Of a DNA stretch of 64,000 nucleotides, positions 42,572 to 50,300 are shown piece after piece. The DNA comes from Thermoanaerobaculia bacterium. GTDB lineage: Bacteria; Acidobacteriota; Thermoanaerobaculia; Gp7-AA8. The notes under the pieces were generated by a model, which was given only the letters and a program-made list of their open reading frames with translations, ran no database searches and was not told the DNA's origin. The DNA lies in the NCBI GenBank assembly GCA_044866315.1, contig JBIOTX010000233.1, forward strand, positions 3,444-67,443, in the 5' to 3' direction. The stretch's first letter is position 1. Every line of letters starts with the position of its first letter. The position numbers were made by a program, and so were the translations under genes.

Positions 42572-43948
42572 CTATCCGCAGAGCCGGCGCCAAGGAGCGT
42601 GACTATGGGTATGCGGATATTCGTCTCGGCAGCGCTGCTGATTCTCTCGTTCTCGCCCGCAGCAGCCCAGGATCAAACGACTTACGACTACGTTCCGCCG
42701 CAGGACTTCGGCTTCATCGTGCTCGCCGGGCAAGTCTTCGTCAGCGAGATCCAGCTCGATCGGCCGCTGGAGATCCGCCCGCGGCTCATCTCGCGCGGGG
42801 ACCTCGGCAGTCACCCCTGCCTGCGCGGCTCGTACACCTATCCCTACGAGACCGTCGGAACGAGCGGCAACCGCGAGGTCTGGCTCTGCTGCATCCCCGT
42901 CGACGAGATTCTCAAAGACTCCTTCCATTGCGCCGGCAGCTTCTTCCCGCAGCTCTTCGGCAGCTCCAACGACCAGAAGATCCGCCACTGCAGCCTGCTC
43001 GACCCCAGGGACGTCGAGCCGACGTTCATTCCGGTTTGCATTCCGGCGCCGCTGCGGGCTCCTTAGCCACCGCTCGATCTCTCCCATCGCGTCGCACTCG
43101 AAGAGCGCGAGATGGCCGCACCCGGGCAGCGGCACGAGCCGCGCCTGGGGCATCTCCTTCTGCAATCGCCGGGCGACGTCGAAGGGGACGATCTTGTCGG
43201 CGGTGCCGGCGAGGAGGAGGACGGGCATGCGCACGCGGGAGAGCCGGCCGTCGACGAGGTCGCGGCCGGCGAGCATGGAGCGCATGTGGGCGCGGGTGAT
43301 GGGGGCCTTCCGCTTCGAGCGGCGCAGGAGGTCGCGGAGGACGAAGGTCGGCAGCAGACCGGCGCGATCGCTCTGCAGGGCGAGGCTGGCCCGGAGCTCG
43401 GGAATCGTGTTCGTGGAAAACGAAGACTCGGTGAGGATGGTCTCGTGGGCCAAGCCGGCGCTGGAGACGAGGACGAGGCGGCGCACGCGCTGCGGCTGCT
43501 CCGCGGTGAACTTCAGCGCCACCCACCCGCCCATCGACACGCCCATCACGTCGGCGTCGCGCAGAGCCATCGCGTCCATGAAGTCGCGGACGACCGCGGC
43601 CTGGGTGGCGACGCAGTAGTCGGCGCCTTGCGGCTTGTCGGAGTCGCCGTAGCCGAGGAGGTCGGGGGCGTAGACGCGGTGGGTGCGGGTGAGGCGGCGG
43701 AGGACGGGTGCCCAGTCTTCCGCGCTCATGGCCACGCCGTGGACGAGCACGAGCGGAGGGCCCTCGCCGCCGGCCAGATAGTGGATGCGGTGGCCGCCTG
43801 CACGCACGAATTCGCCGTCGATTCCGATGGCTTTGAGGTAGAGCTTTCGCGCACCGATGTAGACGCTCAAAGGCCGCAAATAGACGAACGAAGCGGCCGC
43901 GAGTAACCCCAAGAGCAGCAACAACTTCGATTTCGTGATGCGCATCAC
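42572..43948 (-). CDS. alpha/beta-fold hydrolase; the ORF reads about 160 codons past the end of the fold
   Basis: It has HG (LVLVHGV), a nucleophile elbow (GVSMGG), Asp (GTADKIV) and His (GCGHL). The fold ends near IERWL (about nt 43060), but the first in-frame stop is at 42572. Confidence 0.75.
   Translation of the reverse strand: MMRITKSKLLLLLGLLAAASFVYLRPLSVYIGARKLYLKAIGIDGEFVRAGGHRIHYLAGGEGPPLVLVHGVAMSAEDWAPVLRRLTRTHRVYAPDLLGYGDSDKPQGADYCVATQAAVVRDFMDAMALRDADVMGVSMGGWVALKFTAEQPQRVRRLVLVSSAGLAHETILTESSFSTNTIPELRASLALQSDRAGLLPTFVLRDLLRRSKRKAPITRAHMRSMLAGRDLVDGRLSRVRMPVLLLAGTADKIVPFDVARRLQKEMPQARLVPLPGCGHLALFECDAMGEIERWLRSPQRRRNANRNERRLDVPGVEQAAVADLLVVGAAEELREEAAGAMEGVFENLVDGDAAEPDLAVAARSDGLVGIGVRAAQAGVTAEVPARDEPRADLQRPIELDLADEDLPGEHDEAEVLRRNVVVSRLILGCCGRERENQQRCRDEYPHTHSHAPWRRLCG
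42605..43066 (+). CDS. small secreted cysteine-rich protein
   Basis: It has its own promoter-like element and a strong RBS. It also has a signal peptide (RIFVSAALLILSFSPAAAQ), 8 Cys, and high-GC third positions like the neighbouring genes. Confidence 0.65.
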   Translation: MGMRIFVSAALLILSFSPAAAQDQTTYDYVPPQDFGFIVLAGQVFVSEIQLDRPLEIRPRLISRGDLGSHPCLRGSYTYPYETVGTSGNREVWLCCIPVDEILKDSFHCAGSFFPQLFGSSNDQKIRHCSLLDPRDVEPTFIPVCIPAPLRAP

Positions 43949-44043
43949 GCAAAGATTACATTCTTGTCTCTAGCGGCATTTCCATTGCCAACCTACATTG
44001 ATGCGCTCACGCAGATCCGCAACTGCGCTTTCGGAGGTTGACG

Positions 44044-45879
44044 ATGCCGGCCACCTACGGCAACTCGTACGATGTAGTTCTACTCGGTTCGGGCATCGGT
44101 GGGTCGATGCTGGCGTGCATTCTGGCGAAGCACGGCCTGTCCACGCTGCTCATCGAGGAGCTCTCGCATCCCAGGTTCGCCATCGGCGAGTCGCTCATCC
44201 CGGAGACCGGCGTGCGCCTGCGCATCCTCGCGGAGAAGCACGGCGTGCCGGAGATCGGCTGGGTCGGCAGCTTCCACGCTCTGCGCGACAACGTCAGCGC
44301 CGCGTGCGGCGTGAAGCGCTCCTTCTCGTTCATGTACCACCGGGCCGGCGAGCGCCATCGCGCCGAGGAGACCAACCAGCTCCCGACGCTCACGCCGCCG
44401 TTCGGACCGGACTCGCATCTCTTCCGCCAGGACGTCGACGGCTACCTGGCCTCGATGGCGGTGAAGTACGGTGCGCACTTCCGCCAGCAGGTGAAGATCG
44501 CGAAGATCGAGTTCCAGCCGGACCAGGTGCGGCTCACCACCGACAAGGGCGAGGAGATCCGCGCCGCGTTCCTCATCGACGCCGGCGGCATGCGCTCGCA
44601 CATGGCCACGCAGTTCAACCTGCGCGATCCGGAGCCGCGCTTCAAGACCAACACCCGCGCGCTCTACACGCACATGATGGACGTGAGGCCGGCCGACCTC
44701 CTGGTCGAGGGCAATCACGGCCTCCCCTCCCCCCTCGGCCAGGCCACCATGCATCACATCTTCGACGGCGGCTGGATCTGGATCATCCCCTTCAACAACC
44801 ACCGCGAGTCGACGAACCCGCTGACCAGCGTCGGGATGATGCTCGACCGCCGCAAGTACCCGACGCCCGAGGGCTCGCCGGAAGAGGAGTTCCGCCGCAT
44901 CATCAGCCGCTTCCCGACCATCCGGAAGCACTTCGCCGACGCCCGCCCGGTGCGGCCGTGGGTCGGCAGCGGGCGCATTCAGTACTCGCAGGCGCACTGC
45001 ATCGGCCCGCGCTGGATCCAGCTCCCGCACGCGGCGAACTTCGTCGACCCGCTCTTCTCCAGCGGCCTCTCCGTGCTCACCGTGGCCGTCGACCTGATGG
45101 CCGACGCGCTGCTGCGCGCCTTCGCCGACAACGACTTCGCCGTGGAGCGCTTCCAGCGCGTCGAGGACGTGGTCAACACCGGCTTCGACCACTACGACCT
45201 CATCGTCCACAAGTCCTTCGACTCCTTCGCCAGCTACGACCTCTGGAACGCCTGGAACCGCAACTGGGTAATGGGCAACTTCCTGGGCACGTTCGGCGCG
45301 TTCAAGATGCTCCTCGAGTACCTGCGCACCGGCGAACCGCGGTTCCTGGAGAAAACCACCGAGCCGGGACGCATCGGTGTGCTCAGCAGCCACCTGCCCG
45401 AGGTGCGCGCGGCCATGGATGCCTCGGCGAGCGACATCGAAGAGGCCCTGGCGGGGCGGATGATGCATTCCGAGGCCAGCGCGCGGATCTTCGCCCGCCT
45501 CGGCGGTCTGAAGTTCCTGCCGAAGTACATGGGCTTCGGCGATCCGTCCCATCGCGCGCCGTCGACGTTCACGCTGCAGACCGGCGCGCGCCACGTGCTC
45601 TGGTATCGCTATCAGGGCGACAAGAAGTGGCGCGACTACGCGAGCTTCAGCCTCCTCACCTACGCCCGGCAGGTCCTCGGGTTCATGGCCCGTGAGACGG
45701 GCGACTCCGCGCGCCGCTTCCGCACCGCCGTGCGCGACGTCTTCTTCGCCGGGAACGAGGACTGGCACTACACGCCGAACGCGCTGCGCGCGCACGGCCG
45801 GTATCACCTGCCCTTCGAGGCGGACAGCGCGGCGGACGAGGCGATCGAAGCTCCGGCCATCCAGCACGCAACAAAATGA
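44044..45879 (+). CDS. flavin-dependent halogenase
   Basis: GGAGG lies 6 nt upstream of the ATG at 44044. It has GxGxxG (LLGSGIGGS), the halogenase-specific WxWxIP (GGWIWIIPF), and the Fx.Px.Sx.G motif (FVDPLFSSGLS). Confidence 0.8.
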   Translation: MPATYGNSYDVVLLGSGIGGSMLACILAKHGLSTLLIEELSHPRFAIGESLIPETGVRLRILAEKHGVPEIGWVGSFHALRDNVSAACGVKRSFSFMYHRAGERHRAEETNQLPTLTPPFGPDSHLFRQDVDGYLASMAVKYGAHFRQQVKIAKIEFQPDQVRLTTDKGEEIRAAFLIDAGGMRSHMATQFNLRDPEPRFKTNTRALYTHMMDVRPADLLVEGNHGLPSPLGQATMHHIFDGGWIWIIPFNNHRESTNPLTSVGMMLDRRKYPTPEGSPEEEFRRIISRFPTIRKHFADARPVRPWVGSGRIQYSQAHCIGPRWIQLPHAANFVDPLFSSGLSVLTVAVDLMADALLRAFADNDFAVERFQRVEDVVNTGFDHYDLIVHKSFDSFASYDLWNAWNRNWVMGNFLGTFGAFKMLLEYLRTGEPRFLEKTTEPGRIGVLSSHLPEVRAAMDASASDIEEALAGRMMHSEASARIFARLGGLKFLPKYMGFGDPSHRAPSTFTLQTGARHVLWYRYQGDKKWRDYASFSLLTYARQVLGFMARETGDSARRFRTAVRDVFFAGNEDWHYTPNALRAHGRYHLPFEADSAADEAIEAPAIQHATK

Positions 45880-47315
45880 CTGGAAAACCGCAACTTCGTT
45901 GGCGCGGGATCTTTCGAGACCTGCCGCGCGAGCACGGCTATGAGCCGCTGCGCGTCGAGGGAACGCTTCCCGGCGACCTCGAGGGCGTGCTCTATCGCTG
46001 CGGTCCGGCGCGCTTTTCCATCGGCGGCGAGCCGTACCTGCACTGGTTCGACGCCGACGGCGCGGTGAGCGCCGTGCGCGTCGGGCGCGGGGCCGCCGTG
46101 GGCGCGGTGCGCACGGTGGAGACGCGCTGGCTGCGCAAGGAGCGCGCGGCCAACCGCCAGCTCTATCGCAGCTACGCCCAGCTCGGCCGCGGCTGGCGGC
46201 GCTGGCTCACGCTGCCGAAGAACCCCGCGAATATCTCCGTGCTGCCGTACGAGGGACAGGCGCTCGCGCTCTGGGAAGCGGGCCTGCCGATCGCGCTCGA
46301 TCCGGCGACGCTGGACACGCGCGGCGAGACCGACCTGGACGGGCGCATTGGGCCGACGTTCTCCGCACATCCACATTCCGCGGCCGGCCGGCTGTTCAAC
46401 TTCGGCGTCCGCTACGGACGGCGCTTCTCGCTCGATCTGTACGCCTTGGGTGGGATGCCGCGCCGCATCGCTTCGGTGCCGCTGCCGCGCCCGACGATCA
46501 TCCACGACTTCATCGTCACCTCGCGCCACGCGATCTTCTTCTGCGCGCCGATCCGCCTCCGCCTCGGCCGCCTGCTCGCCGGCATGCACAGCTTCAACGA
46601 CAACCTGGCCTGGGAGCCGGAGCACGGCACGGAAGTCGTGGTCGTGCCGCTGGCGACGCCGGACAAGCCCGTGCGCTTCCCCGTGCACCCGTTCTTCCAG
46701 TGGCACTTCGTGAACGCGTGGGAGCAGGGCGGCGCGCTCCTCGTCGATCACATCCCCTACGACGACTTCGAGACCAACGCCTGGTTCGGCCGCGCGCCGT
46801 ACGCGCCGCCCACCGCCCCGCCCCCGTCGCGCTACGCGCGCACGCGCATCGAGCTGTCCTCGAAGCGCATGGTCACCGAGGTGCTCTCGGACATGACCTC
46901 GTGCGAGTTCCCGGCCATCCATCCGAACGACGCGGGGCTCCCCCACCGCAACGTCTGGCTGCTCTGCGACGGGCTGCCGTCGACGCTGCGCTGCTTCGAT
47001 CCGAAGACGCGCACCGTGCGCACGGTGCCCCTCGGCGCCGAGACCGTCCCGAGCGAGCCGACCGTCGTGCCGCGCGCGGGCCATCCCGACGGCTGGGTGC
47101 TCAGCCTGGTCTACGACGGCACGCGGGACGCGAGCTACGTCGCGGTCATCGACGGCGCGCGCCCCGAGGACGGGCCCGTGGCCCGGCTCTGGTTCGACCA
47201 CGCTATTCCCTTTCCCTTTCACGGCGCGTGGGCCTGCCCTGAGCGAAGCCGAAGGGACGCCGTGAATGAAACGTTTGTCGATCGATCCGCACTATCCGGA
47301 GGTAATCAGTCATGA
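45876..47315 (+). CDS. carotenoid-cleavage oxygenase family (RPE65/NOV-like) dioxygenase
   Basis: ATGA overlap with the halogenase gene. Four His-containing motifs are spaced as in CCOs (FSAHPH, IIHDFIVT, FFQWHFVNAW, FPFHGAW). A tail of about 30 aa follows the last motif. Confidence 0.85.
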   Translation: MTGKPQLRWRGIFRDLPREHGYEPLRVEGTLPGDLEGVLYRCGPARFSIGGEPYLHWFDADGAVSAVRVGRGAAVGAVRTVETRWLRKERAANRQLYRSYAQLGRGWRRWLTLPKNPANISVLPYEGQALALWEAGLPIALDPATLDTRGETDLDGRIGPTFSAHPHSAAGRLFNFGVRYGRRFSLDLYALGGMPRRIASVPLPRPTIIHDFIVTSRHAIFFCAPIRLRLGRLLAGMHSFNDNLAWEPEHGTEVVVVPLATPDKPVRFPVHPFFQWHFVNAWEQGGALLVDHIPYDDFETNAWFGRAPYAPPTAPPPSRYARTRIELSSKRMVTEVLSDMTSCEFPAIHPNDAGLPHRNVWLLCDGLPSTLRCFDPKTRTVRTVPLGAETVPSEPTVVPRAGHPDGWVLSLVYDGTRDASYVAVIDGARPEDGPVARLWFDHAIPFPFHGAWACPERSRRDAVNETFVDRSALSGGNQS

Positions 47316-50300
47316 CGACCCCGATCGCCATCGTCGGCGCCGCCTGCCGATATCCCGATGCGTCCTCCCCGTCCGAGCTGTGGGAGAACGTCCTCGCCCA
47401 GCGCCAGTCCTTCCGGAGAATGCCTTCGGAGCGCCTGTCGCTCGAGGACTACTACTCCCCCGACCCGAACGCGCCGGGCTGCACGTACTCGCAGAACGCC
47501 GCGCTGATCACGAACTGGACGTTCGACCGCTCCAGGTACCGCGTGTCGCGCTCCACGTTCGATGCGACCGACCTCGCACACTGGCTGGCTCTCGAGGTCG
47601 CGGATGCCGCTCTGCAGGACGCCGGCTTCGAGCCGCCCGCGGACACGACCGGCGTGATCCTCGGCAACACCCTCACCGGCGACAGCTCGCGCGCCGCGTC
47701 GCTGCGCCTGCGCTGGCCGTACGTCCGCCGCGCCGCGATCAACGCCGGCGCGTCGGATGAGGTGCTGGCGAAGCTCGAGGAGGAGTTCAACGCGCCGTTC
47801 CCGGAGATCGGCGAGGACACCCTCGCCGGCGGACTGTCGAACACCATCGCCGGCCGCATCTGCAACTTCTTCGGCTTCCACGGCGGCGGCTACACCGTCG
47901 ACGGCGCCTGCTCCTCGTCGCTGATCTCGATCATCCACGCCTGCAACTCGCTGGCGTCCGGCGACCTCGACGTCGCCCTGGCCGGCGGCGTCGACCTCAG
48001 CCTCGATCCGTTCGAGCTGATCGGCTTCGCGAAAGCCACGGCCCTCGCGAAAGAGCGCATGTTCGTGTACGACCGGAAGGCGAACGGCTTCCTCCCGGGC
48101 GAAGGCTGCGGCTTCGTGGTGCTGATGCGCCAGGACGACGCGCTCGAGCAGGGCCGCCGCATCTACGCGACGCTCCTCGGCTGGGGCATGTCCTCCGATG
48201 GCCACGGCGGCATGACCCGCCCCGAGGCCAGCGGACAGCGGCTCGCGCTGCAGCGTGCGTATCAGAAAGCCGGGATCCCGATCGACTCCGTGACGCTGTT
48301 CGAAGGCCACGGCACCGGCACCCCGGTCGGCGATCCGATCGAGATCTCCACCGTGCGCTCGCTGCTGCAGTCCGCGAACGGACACCCGCACTTCATCGGC
48401 TCGGTGAAGGCGAACATCGGCCACACCAAGGCCGCCGCGGGCATCGCGGGCCTCATCAAGTCGATGATGGCCGTGCACCACGGCGTCATCCCCCCGATCA
48501 CCGCCTGCGACGAGCCGCGCGACGTCGCTCCGCTGCAGGTCGCCCAGACCGCGCTCCCCTGGCCCGACGACATCCCCCGCCGCGCCGCCGTCAGCGCCAT
48601 GGGCTTCGGCGGCATCAACACCCACGTGGTGCTCGAAGGTGGAGGACAGGCAATCCTGCCTGTCCCTGCGCGGCGCCGTTATGAAGCAGAGCTGTTCCTC
48701 TTCGGCTCCAACAACATCGAAGACCTCCAGACCACCCTGCGCGCCGTCGCCGCCCGCGCCGCCGAGCTCTCCCTCGCCGAGCTGACCGACCTCTCCGCCG
48801 CCCTGCGCGCGCGCATCACCGGCCGCGCCTACCGCGCCGCGATCGTCGCCTCCACGCCGCAGGAGCTCGCCGCCGCCGCGGCCAACACCGCCGCGTTCGG
48901 CGTGCCGCGCCGTCCGAAGATCGCCTTCCTCTTCTCCGGCCAGGGCTCGATCCCGAACGTGACCACCGACGTCGCCCAGCCGGCGATCGTGAAGGCCTCG
49001 GTCGCGCGCCTCAAGGACCTGCACCGCCTCGGCATTCACGCCCACTGCACGATCGGCCACTCCCTCGGCGAGCTGACCGCGCTGTACTGGAGCGGGGCGC
49101 TCGACGAGCAGCAGCTGATCGACCTGGCCACCTTCCGCGGCGAGGCCATGCAGCAGCTCGCCGGCGACGGCGGCATGGCCGCGTTGTCCTGCGATGAGAA
49201 TGAGGCCCGCACGCTGCTCGAAGACGGCGTCGTGGTCGCCGCCCTCAACGGACCGCGCCAGACCGTCATCGCCGGACACGGACCGGCCATCGATCGCATC
49301 ATCGACCGCGCCAAGGCCCGCGACATCGGCGCGACGCGCGTGCCCGTCGCCGCCGCCTTCCACTCGCCGATGATGGTCCCCGCCGCCGCGCCGCTGCGCG
49401 ACTACGTCGGCCGGCTCGGCGCGAAGCGCGTCGGCCGCGGCGTCTTCTCCACCGTCACCGGCGACTGGCTGCATCACGACGCGCCGCTGCCGGACCTGCT
49501 GGCCACGCAGCTCACCCTGCCCGTGCGCTTCCGCGAGGCCATCGAGGCCATCGCCCATGAAGCCGATCTCCTCATCGAAGTCGGCCCCGGCCGCGTGCTG
49601 ACCAACCTCGCGTCCTTCGCCTCCGTCCCGGTGGTCTCGTCCGATCGCGTCCTCGACGCCGTCGCCGCCGCCTGGACCGCCGGCGCGGACATCGACGTCG
49701 ACGCCCTGTTCGCGGATCGCTTCTACCGCCCCTTCGATCTCGACGCCCGCCCGACCTTCATCGAGTCGCCCACCGAAAAGTTTCGGAGTGCGGCGGCAAA
49801 GCCGCCGCTTTCCAATCGCCCCGCTCCGGTCACCAAACCGAAGCCCGAGGCTCCTTCCGGCACGACTCTCCGCGAGCTCGTAGCGAAGCACGTCGATCTG
49901 TCCTTGGACCTCGTCCTCCCGACGTCCAAGCTCCTCTCCGACCTCCACCTCAGCTCCATCACCGTCGCCCGTCTCCTCGCTGACGCTGCACGGGCCATGG
50001 GCGTCCCGCCGCTCGCCGACCCGACGTCCTTCGCCAACGCGACCATCGAGGAGGCCACCGCGGCACTCGAAGCATTGCGCGGCGTCGAGGCGCCGCCGCC
50101 CGAGCCGCGGCTCCCCGAGGGCGTGGCCAACTGGCTGCGCGCCTTCCGCATCGACGAAGTCCCGGTGCGGTGTAGTGCACGCCTCCGGCGTGCCCCCCAA
50201 TCTGCGTGGAAGATCCTCGGCGACTGGCCCGAGGCCTCGCAGCGCTTCGAGACCGTCCCCGGCCGCGGCATCATCGCCGTCCTCCCGAAGGACGATCCCG

